A DNA stretch of 64,000 bases from Candidatus Bathyarchaeota archaeon. Lineage in GTDB: Archaea; Thermoproteota; Bathyarchaeia; Bathyarchaeales; Bathycorpusculaceae. The stretch is taken from NCBI GenBank assembly GCA_963767735.1, contig CAVYES010000005.1, positions 160,001 to 224,000 on the forward strand, read 5' to 3'. A program made the translations under genes and the position numbers. A model generated the notes under the pieces. That model ran no database searches, had not been told where the DNA came from, and worked only from the letters and a program-made list of their open reading frames with translations. Each line of letters starts with the position of its first letter. The stretch's first letter is position 1. This document shows positions 30,705-41,211 of the stretch, piece after piece.

Positions 30705-31931
30705 ATGAGTGAAAAATGTCTCGCTGTAGTAGAAATCGATCAAGACTTATGTAGCAGATGTTGTGTTTGCCACTCAATATGCCCCTATGACGCAATAAAA
30801 CGCGACTCATCTGGTAAAGTTGAAATTAACAATCAAGAATGCCAAGTTTGCGGTATATGCTACAGTGCTTGCCCGTCTTCAGCCATTAAAATGCAATATT
30901 ACACTTACGATAATTTATTAAATTATGTTAAACAGGCACGTGAAAAAGTCAAAAGTGACGTGGACACGCTTGTCTTAATGTGTCGGGGAAACTCGCCTTC
31001 AACAGGTGAAGTCCAAGATATCCTTAAAGAACAAGGATTAAAAGTTGACAATTATATTGCATTGCGTTTGCCCTGTTCAGGTAGAATTCCGACTGACTTT
31101 ATTTTTGAAACATTGAATTCGGGCGTGAAAAACATTGTTTCCGTTCAATGCGAAGACCCATTCTGCCGCTACAAAGAAGGCACAAAAATAAACACTCGCA
31201 GACTTGTCTTGGCCAAAGACATCCTCAAACAATTAGGCTACGACGAAAACACCGTCAGAATAGTAAAGTTCTCCCGCAAAGCAGTTTATGACGTCCAAGC
31301 ATGCGTAGGCTGCGACAAATGCATCTTCATCTGCCCGTATAAAGCGATTGAGTTTGAATCGTTTGCTACTCCAAAAATAATCGAGGAAAAATGCGTTGGC
31401 TGCGGTGCATGCCAGCTGGTTTGTCCACATCAAGCTATCGAAGTGAAGGGCTTTGAGTTTGAAAATGTAGTTGACCGTTACGGCGAATCAGCTGCAAAAT
31501 TGAAAGCTAAAAACCAAGGTCCAGCAGTTCTTGCATTCGTTTGTCAATGGTCAGAATTTACAGATCTAGACAACCCTAACAGCGCGTTTGCAGGTAAAAA
31601 CGTGTTAGCTCTTGAAGTTCCATGCTTCAAATCCTTAGATCCTGTCCATGTAATCAACGCGTTAAACTGCGGTTTCGATGGCGTAATGGCCGTAGTCTGC
31701 TCAGCACAAGACTGTAAGCTTCAAGAAGGCAGAGCCACCGCAGAACGCAACTTGGCGGTATTGTTTGACGTGTTGAGAAAGAACAATCTGCTTGACCGAT
31801 TCGAAATTTACGAGGAGTCACCCAGATGCGCTGATGAATTCAATCAGAAACTGGATGCTTTCTACAAAAAGATTTCCGCATTACCAAAACGTGAAATAAT
31901 CGTGGAGGCGAAAGCAAAACGTACAAAATAG
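30705..31931 (+). CDS. Tandem ferredoxin/MvhD-like Fe-S protein
   Basis: Four CxxCxxCxxxCP motifs in two pairs, each pair followed by an MvhD-like domain (RLPCSGRI...CEDPFCRYKEG; EVPC...CSAQDCKLQEG). Confidence 0.85.
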   Translation: MSEKCLAVVEIDQDLCSRCCVCHSICPYDAIKRDSSGKVEINNQECQVCGICYSACPSSAIKMQYYTYDNLLNYVKQAREKVKSDVDTLVLMCRGNSPSTGEVQDILKEQGLKVDNYIALRLPCSGRIPTDFIFETLNSGVKNIVSVQCEDPFCRYKEGTKINTRRLVLAKDILKQLGYDENTVRIVKFSRKAVYDVQACVGCDKCIFICPYKAIEFESFATPKIIEEKCVGCGACQLVCPHQAIEVKGFEFENVVDRYGESAAKLKAKNQGPAVLAFVCQWSEFTDLDNPNSAFAGKNVLALEVPCFKSLDPVHVINALNCGFDGVMAVVCSAQDCKLQEGRATAERNLAVLFDVLRKNNLLDRFEIYEESPRCADEFNQKLDAFYKKISALPKREIIVEAKAKRTK

Positions 31932-32758
31932 TAACTAAAAAAGAGCTTGCACCGAAAATAAAAATGTTCGAAGTTGAAGCTCCAGACATTGCAGCTAAAT
32001 CGCAAACTGGACAATTCCTGATAGTTATAAACGGCAAAGAAGGCGAAAGAGTACCCCTGACAATCGCTGGATATGACACAACGAAAGGAACGGTATCATT
32101 TGCTTTCCATGAGGTCGGCAAAACCACAAAAGCGCTTGGCTTACTACACGAAGGCGAAAGCATCGACAACGTTACGGGTCCACTTGGCAATCCATCTGAA
32201 GTTAAAAACTTCGGTAAAGTTCTCTGTATTGGCGGAAGCGTAATGATTGCGCCGTTGCTGTTGCAGGCTAAAGCCATGAAGGCAGCAGGTAACAACGTAA
32301 CCACGATTCTTGGTGCACGAACAAAAGAGTTCATAATGATGGAAAACGAAGCGAAACAGTACAGTGATAAGGTTTACATTGCGACTGACGATGGAACGGC
32401 AGGATACAAAGGCTTAGATTTCTTCAAAGACCTACTTACGAAGGAAAAGTTTGACCGCTGCGTGGTTATGGGTCCAGTAATCCTGATGAAGGATGTTAGT
32501 GAAATCACTAAGCCCTATGGCATACCAACGATTGTAACTACAACGCCCATAATGATTGACGGTATGGGTATGTGTGGAGTATGTCGAGTCACCGTTGACG
32601 GCAAAATGCAGTTTGGCTGCGTTGACGGACCAGAATTTGACGGTCACAAGGTTGATTTCGACCAGTTGATTTTGCGTCAGCGCACTATGTTGCCCGAAGA
32701 AAGGTTAAGTTCAGTTTTGTGGGAAATGCGTGGAGGTTGCAAGTGTGGCAGAAGTTAA
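31919..32758 (+). CDS. nfnA: NfnA/SudB transhydrogenase small subunit
   Basis: GERVPLTIA, GPLG, MIDGMGMCGVCRV, CVDGPEF; homology extends upstream of ATG 31964 to an ACG at 31919. Confidence 0.92.
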   Translation, partial: TYKIVTKKELAPKIKMFEVEAPDIAAKSQTGQFLIVINGKEGERVPLTIAGYDTTKGTVSFAFHEVGKTTKALGLLHEGESIDNVTGPLGNPSEVKNFGKVLCIGGSVMIAPLLLQAKAMKAAGNNVTTILGARTKEFIMMENEAKQYSDKVYIATDDGTAGYKGLDFFKDLLTKEKFDRCVVMGPVILMKDVSEITKPYGIPTIVTTTPIMIDGMGMCGVCRVTVDGKMQFGCVDGPEFDGHKVDFDQLILRQRTMLPEERLSSVLWEMRGGCKCGRS

Positions 32759-34154
32759 GCCTAAACCAAAATTAAACAAGAAAGCCGTTGAAATGGCTAA
32801 ACAAGAACCTAAAATACGCGCTGAAAACTTTAACGAAGTTGCTTTAGGTTACACCGAAGCTGAAACGCTTGAAGAAGCCAGCCGATGCTTACAGTGTCCA
32901 AAACCTCAATGTATGACTGGTTGCCCCGTTGAAGTTCCCATACCCGGCTTCATAAAACTGCTTAGAGAAAAGAAGTATGATGAAGCCATAGCTTTGATAA
33001 AAACAAAGAACGCGTTGCCAGCCGTATGCGGAAGAGTCTGTCCTCAAGAATCACAATGCCAAGCCAAATGCGTAGTCGGCAAGATGGGTGAGCCAATCAG
33101 CATCGGACGACTAGAGCGTTTTCTGGCAGATTGGGAGCGAACTAATGGTTCCAAGCTTCCGCCGAAAGCTCCACCAACAGGCAAGAAAGTGGCGATTGTA
33201 GGTGCTGGTCCAGCTGGATTGACTGCTGCAGCTGACTTAGTAAAGCTTGGCCACGATGTTACAATGTTTGAGGCGCTACATGTCGGCGGCGGAGTGCTGT
33301 CATATGGTATTCCAGAGTTCCGTTTACCAAAAGCGATAGTGCAAAACGAAGTGGCATACATTCAAAAGTTAGGTGTTGATTTGCGTCTTGGCAACTTGGT
33401 TGGCAGAATCCACACGATTCCAGAACTTATGAAGAATGGTTATGACGCAGTATTCATCGGCAGCGGCGCAGGCTTGCCCCAGTTCACTGGTTGCTCAGGA
33501 GAGAACCTTGGCGGAATCTACTCAGCTAACGAGTTTCTGATACGCGTTAACCTCATGAAAGCATTCCAGTTCCCAGACTATGATACTCCAATACGCATAG
33601 GCAAACACGTAGTCGTTATCGGCGGCGGAAACGTGGCTATGGACTGCGCAAGAAGCAGCATGCGTCTTGGCGCTGATGTTTGCTTGCTTTATCGGCGTTC
33701 ACGTGCAGAGTTGCCAGCGAGACATGAAGAGATAGAGAACGCTGAGGAAGAAGGCTTAGTCTGCAAGTTTCTTGGTGCGCCAGTCGAGTTTTACGGTGAC
33801 GAAAGCGGCTGGGTTAAAAGTATGAAATGCATCGCAATGGAGCTCACTGAACCTGACGCAAAGGGCAGACGTGGAGTAAAAGAAGTTCCAGGCTCCGAGT
33901 TCACTATGGACGTTGATACCGTAATCGTTGCAATCGGTCAAACACCAAACCCGATTATCCAAAGAACAACAGACGGCTTACAAAGCGACCCAAGACACGG
34001 AACAATATGCGTTAACGAAGTAGGCAAAACCAGCTTAGACGGAGTTTACGCAGGCGGAGACGTCGCAACAGGAGCAGCAACAGTCATCAGCGCAATGGGC
34101 GCAGGCAAACGCGCAGCAAAAGCAATGCACGAATACTTGATGAACAAGAAATAA
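32745..34154 (+). CDS. nfnB: NfnB/SudA (GltD-like) transhydrogenase large subunit
   Basis: RCLQCPKPQCMTGCPV, CGRVCPQESQC, GAGPAGL, GGGNVAMD. Confidence 0.93.
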   Translation: MAEVKPKPKLNKKAVEMAKQEPKIRAENFNEVALGYTEAETLEEASRCLQCPKPQCMTGCPVEVPIPGFIKLLREKKYDEAIALIKTKNALPAVCGRVCPQESQCQAKCVVGKMGEPISIGRLERFLADWERTNGSKLPPKAPPTGKKVAIVGAGPAGLTAAADLVKLGHDVTMFEALHVGGGVLSYGIPEFRLPKAIVQNEVAYIQKLGVDLRLGNLVGRIHTIPELMKNGYDAVFIGSGAGLPQFTGCSGENLGGIYSANEFLIRVNLMKAFQFPDYDTPIRIGKHVVVIGGGNVAMDCARSSMRLGADVCLLYRRSRAELPARHEEIENAEEEGLVCKFLGAPVEFYGDESGWVKSMKCIAMELTEPDAKGRRGVKEVPGSEFTMDVDTVIVAIGQTPNPIIQRTTDGLQSDPRHGTICVNEVGKTSLDGVYAGGDVATGAATVISAMGAGKRAAKAMHEYLMNKK

Positions 34155-34342
34155 CTTTGCTGAAGTAACTTAGTCTCTTTGAGACTCTCCATTCTTTATT
34201 TGATGAATCAACTCTTTTCTTTTAAACTTAAATGCTAAGTTCGGGCACTGAACTTTTTCTTCAACATTCTTGCAAATTACGAGTCACTTGCCATAAAGTA
34301 ATATAGCTTCAAAACGATTGAACCTGCCTAGAGCGATTAAGC

Positions 34343-35059
34343 ATGAGAAAGATGAAAGGGTCAAGCAACTATCTCAAGAACCAAGTTAGAAAAAACTTGG
34401 CAAAAGCGGTTCTCTGCATAGCCTTATTTGTCTTGATCCTTTTTGCCCTGAGCTTGAGAGCGCTCTTAACACTGAGTTTTAGCATTTTTGAGGCGGCTGG
34501 ATTGTTGGTTTCGCTGGTGCCCTTAGCCGCTTTCTACTTTTACCTGCGGAAGTACCGAATTTACAACGCCGGTTGGATGGGCGAAAAACAAGTAGCTAAA
34601 CTTCTAAGCGGCAAACTAAGCGACGACTATTTCCTAATAAACGACTTGTACCTGCATGGAGGTGGCGGCGACATTGACCACGTCGTTCTTGGTCCAAGCG
34701 GCATCTTTGTTTTAGAAACGAAGAACTGGAGCGGCGACATAACCTGCAATGGTGATGACTGGTTAAGAGCGGGTAAGCGCAAATTTAAGGGTAGTCCGAG
34801 TTTGCAAGTTAAGAGGAATGCCGCAAAAATAAAAAGCATAGTTGATTCTTCGCAGTCTTTTGGGTCCCTAAGAGTTTGGGTTGAAGGCATCGTGGTTTTT
34901 ACTAATAACCATGCCACTTTCCACTTAAACAATCCTACAGTTTCGATTCTTAAACTTCCACAAATGCCCGGCTACATAATCACGCACAGAAACACAAACA
35001 ACTTGTCCCGTCAGCAAATTGAAGCTATGGGAAAAGAGATTCTTAAACAAAAAAGTTAA
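34343..35059 (+). CDS. Membrane-anchored NERD nuclease-related protein
   Basis: Two TMs, GWMGE, DIDHVVLGPSGIFVLETKN. Confidence 0.88.
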   Translation: MRKMKGSSNYLKNQVRKNLAKAVLCIALFVLILFALSLRALLTLSFSIFEAAGLLVSLVPLAAFYFYLRKYRIYNAGWMGEKQVAKLLSGKLSDDYFLINDLYLHGGGGDIDHVVLGPSGIFVLETKNWSGDITCNGDDWLRAGKRKFKGSPSLQVKRNAAKIKSIVDSSQSFGSLRVWVEGIVVFTNNHATFHLNNPTVSILKLPQMPGYIITHRNTNNLSRQQIEAMGKEILKQKS

Positions 35060-35763
35060 TGTTGGCTCATTTCCTTTGGGGGAGTGATTTTGAGCCAGTC
35101 TTTTCTTTTTACGCAAGCAAACGAAGTGAGGCTAGTGATTAGCAATGTGCCCATTGTGAGGAAGTTTGCGGAGTTTACTTCTAAGTGATAAATGGAAAAG
35201 GATAAGATGGCGAGAAAAATGTAGAGTGTAACGGCACCTGTAATCAGTTGGAGGACATGGAAGCCTTTTCTTACTCGGCAAGCTTGCGATTTTATCTTAT
35301 TTAAGGTAGATTCAATTCTTTTTGAAACGTCTGGAAGATCGTCTAAGAATAAGGTTGCCCCTGTTAAGACAAAAAATCTTCCAGCGTTGATCTCAATGTT
35401 TCCTGTGTTCACAAGAAAAAGAGATACTAAAGAAACCGATGTAAAAAACATTACATAAATGGTGGAGAATACTAAAACAAAAAAGCCGTAAACGTAATGG
35501 TGAAACCAGAGTCGTCCCGTGTGGAGGGCACGCCCTATGCTTGCGCTGGGAAAAATATTAATGAGTGCGGCTATGGCCGCTACTAAAAAGAGGTCGCCGC
35601 TAATTAACCATGGCGTGTAAGGCTTCCACCCAGGCCAAGCGAAGTAAAAACCATACAGAATTCCAGCTATGGCAGTTAAGGTTATGAAAGCATTTAGGAT
35701 TAACGTTAAACTGAATATTTTTTTTATGTATGTGAATACAGAACAACCCATTTTATATCCCAA
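35056..35763 (-). CDS. Multi-pass membrane protein
   Basis: Hydrophobic ORF containing LWFHHYVYG and LFLDDLPD. Confidence 0.7.
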   Translation of the reverse strand: MGYKMGCSVFTYIKKIFSLTLILNAFITLTAIAGILYGFYFAWPGWKPYTPWLISGDLFLVAAIAALINIFPSASIGRALHTGRLWFHHYVYGFFVLVFSTIYVMFFTSVSLVSLFLVNTGNIEINAGRFFVLTGATLFLDDLPDVSKRIESTLNKIKSQACRVRKGFHVLQLITGAVTLYIFLAILSFSIYHLEVNSANFLTMGTLLITSLTSFACVKRKDWLKITPPKEMSQH

Positions 35764-36021
35764 AACTGTTTGTAGGTGCCCTTTTTCATTTTTTATTACA
35801 TACTAATAATCCGACTCATTTAAAATTAACGTATGTTAAAGATTAAGACTATGTAGTAAGTCGCTTGCATAAGCCATAATTGTGATGTAACGCCGCGATT
35901 TGGAACGTTGTTTTTTGTTTTTTAGTTCATTCATAAAGGATTATCTAATCACGACAGGATTTTCTTTGGCTAAAACTTATAGGCATTCAGGCTATCATTA
36001 ACTTGTAAGGTTGTGGTAAAT

Positions 36022-36386
36022 TTGGGTAGCATTTTGTTAGGTGCCTTTGTTGGATTTTTGGTTACGGTGGTTATTGCTTTTCTGTTTCCAGGAGTCGGTC
36101 ACTTGGTAGGTGGGTTCCTATGCGGTTTAGTGGCTGGGCTCGTGGCTAGAGTGTCGGTAAAGGTTTAATCGCTGGTTTTCTCGCAGGCATATTCGGTGGC
36201 ATAATAATAGCAATTTTAGCCTTCTTAAAACTCGCAATCATCGGAGGCATTCACGGTGGGCTTTCCGGTGCGTTGTTTGGAGGCTTACATGGTTTGGCAG
36301 TGGGCATGGTAGCGATAATACTGGCGGTATTTGCTGGCATAGTTGCAGCTGTCGGCGGCTTGATAGGTGGAGCAATTACGCGATAA
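36022..36386 (+). pseudogene. Frameshifted Gly-rich membrane protein (DUF5518-like)
   Basis: LGSILLGAFVG...PGVGHLVGGF shifts frame near 36150 into KGLIAGFLAGIFGG...VGGLIGGAITR. Confidence 0.55.
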
Positions 36387-36530
36387 ACCAAATTTTATCT
36401 TTTTGATATTTGAGTTAAGATTTCAGTGACAACTTGTGTTTGATTTTATTTGTTTGGCTGAGTGCACCGTTGAGTGGTTGCTATTTACTATGCGGTGTTG
36501 GTCGTAAATAGTAGGGAGGGACTCGGCGGT

Positions 36531-38075
36531 TTATCTGTCGAGCATGAACGATTTCTGTGGCGCAAGTCTCTCAGGTACGAGATCCAAAATCATCTTTTCC
36601 GCAGGCTTCTTTGTCAAAACGACCGGCGATAATTGCGTTGCAAGCTGTAACGCCGAAGCCAACTTGCTGCTTCGCTCAGCGTAGATTTCAAACAGGACAT
36701 CGCCTTTATGCACGGTTTCACCCAGCTTTGCATGCAACACCATGCCTGCGCCTTTTTCTTTAGGGGTTCCGGCTTCGCGTGCAATTCGAACGATGTCATC
36801 CGTGCTTATCCAAATAACCTTCCCAGAACATTCAGATCGAACTTCCGCCATTTTTGTGCCGACAGGCAAATCGTCAGGTTTAACTTTTGGGTTTCCGCCT
36901 TGAGCAGCAATTATTTGCCGCATTTTGGCTTCGGCTTTGCCTGAATCAAGCATTTCCTCTGCTTTGGCGCTTCCGTTTTCAACTCCGACCATTTCGAAGA
37001 GAATGCCTGCGAGGCTAACAGCTTTATCCCTCAGGTCAGGCGGTCCCTCGCCCATAAGAGTTGTTAATGCTTCACCCGCTTCAAGGGCAGGTCCGATGCA
37101 GCAGCCTAATGGTTGGTCCCCGAAAGTTAGGGCGCACTGAATGTTTAAGCCTAAACGTTTCCCCAGATCCACAAAATCCGAAGCCAAAGTGTACGCCTCG
37201 GTTCGTGTTTTAATTTTAGCAGCCATCCCCGTTGGAATATCAATCACTACGTGTGTGGCTCCGATGGCTTTTTTCTTGCTAAGAATAGACGGCAAAAGCA
37301 TAGGGTCAATTCCTAAGGGGTATTCAACTTGAATGAAAAGGTCATCGGCTGGCGCAAGCTCCAAAGAGCCGCCCCAAACCAAGCACCCGTTAGTTTTCGC
37401 TACAACCTCTTTTATCTCGTCGATGGCTAAGTTTACGGGGCAGAGAGTTTCCACGCGGTCTGCGGTTCCAGCAGGCGAGGTAATTGCTCGTGAAGAAGTT
37501 TTGGGGATGGTGAATCCTGCAGCCGCCACAATGGGCACAACAAGCATGGATGTTTTGTCGCCTGGTATGCCGCCTACGCTGTGCTTATCAAGGATGGGTC
37601 CTTCGCCGAAGCTGAGTGTTTTCCCCGTGGCAACCATAGCTCTTGATAAGGCTTCATTCTCGCTTGTGCTTAATCCGTGAATGCTGAGCGCCGTTAAGAA
37701 AGCGGCTACTTCAGCGTTACTCAAATGCCGCTCAACAACATCCTTCACTATGTTCACAAGGTCTTTCTCACGCAAACGTTCCCCATGCAGTTTAGCTCTG
37801 ACGTTGAAAAGCGACTCAGGAAGGGGGGCTAGCTGCACAGAAACAGTCTCATCCTCTTTTACGCCTAGCGCTTTGGCGGTTTCATCGTAGAGCCCGATGC
37901 TTTTTCTAGAAAAATATTCCGCGATGTTTGCAATGGCAATCATTTCCTTGTTGCCATATTTTATTCGTATTCTGTCTGAGCTATGCACGCCCAACGAGTT
38001 GGCGCTTTCTTCGCTGATTATGGCGATTCTGCTTCCGCCCGTAAGTATGGGCAAGAGTTCAACCTTTAACTCCAT
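36531..38075 (-). CDS. AMP phosphorylase
   Basis: DKHSVGGIPGDKT, PKTSSRAITSPAGTAD, N-terminal AMPpase extension. Confidence 0.95.
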   Translation of the reverse strand: MELKVELLPILTGGSRIAIISEESANSLGVHSSDRIRIKYGNKEMIAIANIAEYFSRKSIGLYDETAKALGVKEDETVSVQLAPLPESLFNVRAKLHGERLREKDLVNIVKDVVERHLSNAEVAAFLTALSIHGLSTSENEALSRAMVATGKTLSFGEGPILDKHSVGGIPGDKTSMLVVPIVAAAGFTIPKTSSRAITSPAGTADRVETLCPVNLAIDEIKEVVAKTNGCLVWGGSLELAPADDLFIQVEYPLGIDPMLLPSILSKKKAIGATHVVIDIPTGMAAKIKTRTEAYTLASDFVDLGKRLGLNIQCALTFGDQPLGCCIGPALEAGEALTTLMGEGPPDLRDKAVSLAGILFEMVGVENGSAKAEEMLDSGKAEAKMRQIIAAQGGNPKVKPDDLPVGTKMAEVRSECSGKVIWISTDDIVRIAREAGTPKEKGAGMVLHAKLGETVHKGDVLFEIYAERSSKLASALQLATQLSPVVLTKKPAEKMILDLVPERLAPQKSFMLDR

Positions 38076-38187
38076 AAATAGTCACGCTGTAAACTGAGTA
38101 CATTTAGGAATAGTTAAAGATTTCAAACTGTCAGAAAATCGTCAAACATTGACTGAGCTATGTCGAGGCTTCTTGATTTAATCAGTT

Positions 38188-38886
38188 TTGCTAGTAGGTG
38201 AGCAAGTGAATAGTATTAAATTTGAAATGAAATATATATCAGTCTATGACGGGTCTTGGGAAGGCTTGGCACGATTAAGCAGAAAAGGCAAGCTCCTAGT
38301 TTCAGCGGCCATACTGATAGTTTTGGTTCTGTTGTTGACTGAATTTTGGATTATCCCACAAATCTTTCCAGAATCGCCATCGGCTGTATCACCCACCATT
38401 GGAGCAATCCAACCAACTGCAGGTTATTACTTGCCTTTCAGGGGAAATGTTAGCAAGATTTTTGTAGTTTCTGTAAACGTTAGTTCTGGTGTCTACCCAT
38501 TTGACCCGCGAGCAAGCATGGGCAGTATAAATGGGAAGCCAGCGGGGAAAATAGTTGTCACAAAAGGGGAACCTTGCGTTGTCATCAACGTTACTCTCCG
38601 TAATGACTATTCAGCACAGAACCCGCCACCTAACCAGCTTATTTACGACCCCAAATATCCGGCACAAGCGTATATTTTCATGACCGCGAAAATATTCAAT
38701 GGGAACAACGAAATCAACTCAACTGATTTAATGCACTTAGACTTGCCCCCTGACGCTTGGTCTGAAACATGGCTAAATGGTGGAGGAACTGGAACAATCT
38801 CAATATATTTAGCCATTACAAGCCACAGGGAAATTACAGGTTTTCAGCTAAATACAATATGGATTGGCGGAGTCCCCCTGGCATAG
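38188..38886 (+). CDS. Hypothetical membrane-anchored exported protein (start uncertain)
   Basis: TM segment LLVSAAILIVLVLLL, beta-rich body with INVTLRNDY. Confidence 0.65.
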   Translation: MLVGEQVNSIKFEMKYISVYDGSWEGLARLSRKGKLLVSAAILIVLVLLLTEFWIIPQIFPESPSAVSPTIGAIQPTAGYYLPFRGNVSKIFVVSVNVSSGVYPFDPRASMGSINGKPAGKIVVTKGEPCVVINVTLRNDYSAQNPPPNQLIYDPKYPAQAYIFMTAKIFNGNNEINSTDLMHLDLPPDAWSETWLNGGGTGTISIYLAITSHREITGFQLNTIWIGGVPLA

Positions 38887-38983
38887 ATTGCATTCAACTG
38901 TTGACTCCTTAAGGTAGGGTTGAACAAGAATAGTTAAAGATTTTAAGGAAAAACAAGTTCTCACTATCCCTGAGAGGAACGCT

Positions 38984-40208
38984 TTGAAGTATCTTGACTT
39001 TGTAGATTTAACTTACGTGCCGAAAGAAACCGATTTAATCTGCACATTTTATTTGGAGCCCGAAGGCATCAGCCTCAAGGAAGCCGCAGGCGGCGTTGCC
39101 GCGGAAAGTTCCGTGGGTACGTGGACAGAACTCACAACAGAGAAGCCGTACGTGAGCAAGTTGGCAGCACACGTTTACAGCATCGATGGCAATGTAGCTA
39201 AAATCGCTTACCCGATTGAACTTTTTGAGCCAGCCAACATGCCTAACATTCTAAGCAGCGTTGCAGGAAACGTTTTCGGGCTTAAAGCACTCAAAAACCT
39301 GCGCCTCCTCGACATTCAAATGCCAAAAAGCTTAATCCACAGCTTTAAAGGTCCAAACTTTGGCATCGCTGGAATTCGCAAGCTCCTAAAAGTTCCTGAG
39401 CGCCCGCTTGTCGGTACAATAATTAAGCCCAAACTTGGACTAAAAACTAAAGACCACGCAAAAGTGGCTTATGAGGCTTGGAGCGGCGGCTGCGACATCG
39501 TAAAAGACGACGAGAACTTGAGCAGCCAAAAATTCAACCCCTTCGAAGAACGGCTCGTTCAGACTTTGGAGAGCCGCGACAAAGCGCAGCAGGAAACGGG
39601 TGAACGCAAAGTCTACATGGTTAACATCACCGCTGAAACCAACCTTATGCTAAAACGCGCAGAAGCCGTCATCGCTCAGGGCGGAGAATACGTGATGGTG
39701 GACATCTTAACCACTGGCTGGTCAGCACTCCAAACCCTCAGAGACCAAAACCTCAAACTTGTCATTCACGCTCACAGGGCAGGGCACGCTGCTTTCACAA
39801 AAAACCCGCAAACACGGCATAGCAATGCGTCCGATAGCAACAGTTGCAAGAGTAATTGGCGTTGACCAACTCCACGTGGGCACAGTAGTGGGCAAAATGT
39901 CAGAAACAAAAGCAGAAGTGCTTGAAAACATCGACGCATGCAAAGCCATGCTGGGCGGATTAAAGCCTGTTTTGCCCGTTGCTTCAGGAGGAATCCATCC
40001 ACGACTTGTGTCTGCACTTCTTGAAACTTTCGGTAACGATGTGGTTATTCAAGCTGGCGGCGGAATCCACGGGCATCCAAACGGAACCGTAGCGGGAGCA
40101 AAAGCCATGCGACAAGCCGTTGACGCCAAATTGAACGGTCAATCCGTGGAAAAATACGCTGAAACTCACAGAGAATTAAAAGCCGCCTTAGAGCATTGGA
40201 AAGTCTAA
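38984..40208 (+). pseudogene. rbcL: Form III RuBisCO with a single extra base near 39809 (pseudogene or sequencing error)
   Basis: AAESSVGTW, GTIIKPKLGL, KDDENL, HAHRAGH, then in the +1 frame HVGTVVGKM, PVASGG, QAGGGIHGHP. Confidence 0.92.
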
Positions 40209-41131
40209 GTTCGTTTAAGAACCCAAGGGTAACTTCGATGTACCGTTTCAACTATTGATTGAGGTGCGATTACTCCTTCTTCGCAGATTAAGCCGTGGAT
40301 GTAGCGGCTTGGGGTAACGTCAAAAGCGGGGTTGCGAACAGAAAGCTTCTCGGGAGCTTCATTCCAGACTTCTCTTGGGCTTCGCTGTTCAATGTGTTCG
40401 TATGTTCCGTTTAGGGTTTCTGGGTCGAACTTTAAGAGTTCCGAAACGACATAGAAGGGTTTTCGGGCTTCGTTGGCTAAGACGGCGATGCTGCTGGTGC
40501 CAATCTTGTTAACAACGTTGCCCTCCGAGGTGATGGCGTCTGCACCCACAACTACGAGGTCAACATCGCCCATATAGGAGCGTGCAGCGGAATCGACAAT
40601 GAACATGGTTTGGATGCCGAGCTCGACCATTTCCCTGGCGGTTATTCTTCCTTGGAATGCGGGTCGCGTTTCAGTGCAGATAACGCTGAATTCTTTGCCG
40701 TCAGCTTTGGCTTTGGCAATCATTCGTGTCACTGTTGACGAGTGGCAATGAGTAAAAACTAACATGCCATCGCGGATTCGGTTGGCGCCTATTTCCGCAA
40801 TGACTTCTCTTGAAGCCTCAAGATTCTGCAAAAACAAAGCTACGTTTGAACTAACCATCTCGCCCAGAACATCAACCTTTTCTTTGGTGCTGTCTTGGGT
40901 CTGAGTGATTACCCATCGGACGGCGTTTCTCATTAAGGGCTCAGTTTCTCTTGACGCAAAAAGTGCTGCCTGCGCTTCTTTAAGCTCCTCTAAGAAGGCT
41001 GTTTTGTTTTTAGCTTTTGTCTGCTCTGCTAAAGTTTGGATGGCTTTTACGGCGGCTATGGCAACGTTTCTTGCACCTTGAACTTCAAGTCTTCTTATCC
41101 TATCTGCCGTCGCGAGAACTGTTTCGTTCAC
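40205..41131 (-). CDS. Ribose-1,5-bisphosphate isomerase (eIF2B-like)
   Basis: VQGA, THCHSS, TETRP, VGADAI, NKIGT, NPAFDVTP; adjacent to RuBisCO. Confidence 0.92.
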   Translation of the reverse strand: MNETVLATADRIRRLEVQGARNVAIAAVKAIQTLAEQTKAKNKTAFLEELKEAQAALFASRETEPLMRNAVRWVITQTQDSTKEKVDVLGEMVSSNVALFLQNLEASREVIAEIGANRIRDGMLVFTHCHSSTVTRMIAKAKADGKEFSVICTETRPAFQGRITAREMVELGIQTMFIVDSAARSYMGDVDLVVVGADAITSEGNVVNKIGTSSIAVLANEARKPFYVVSELLKFDPETLNGTYEHIEQRSPREVWNEAPEKLSVRNPAFDVTPSRYIHGLICEEGVIAPQSIVETVHRSYPWVLKRT

Positions 41132-41211
41132 AATCTTTCAACCTCTAAAGAGCAACGTTTTTGGCTGTGTTATTTATCAAAAAAGAAGCATATAAGCCAA
41201 TTCATAACAAG

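Noticed and set aside
39799-39805. A AAA AAC slippery site as a programmed frameshift in rbcL
   Set aside because: It would give a -1 shift, but restoring the frame requires +1
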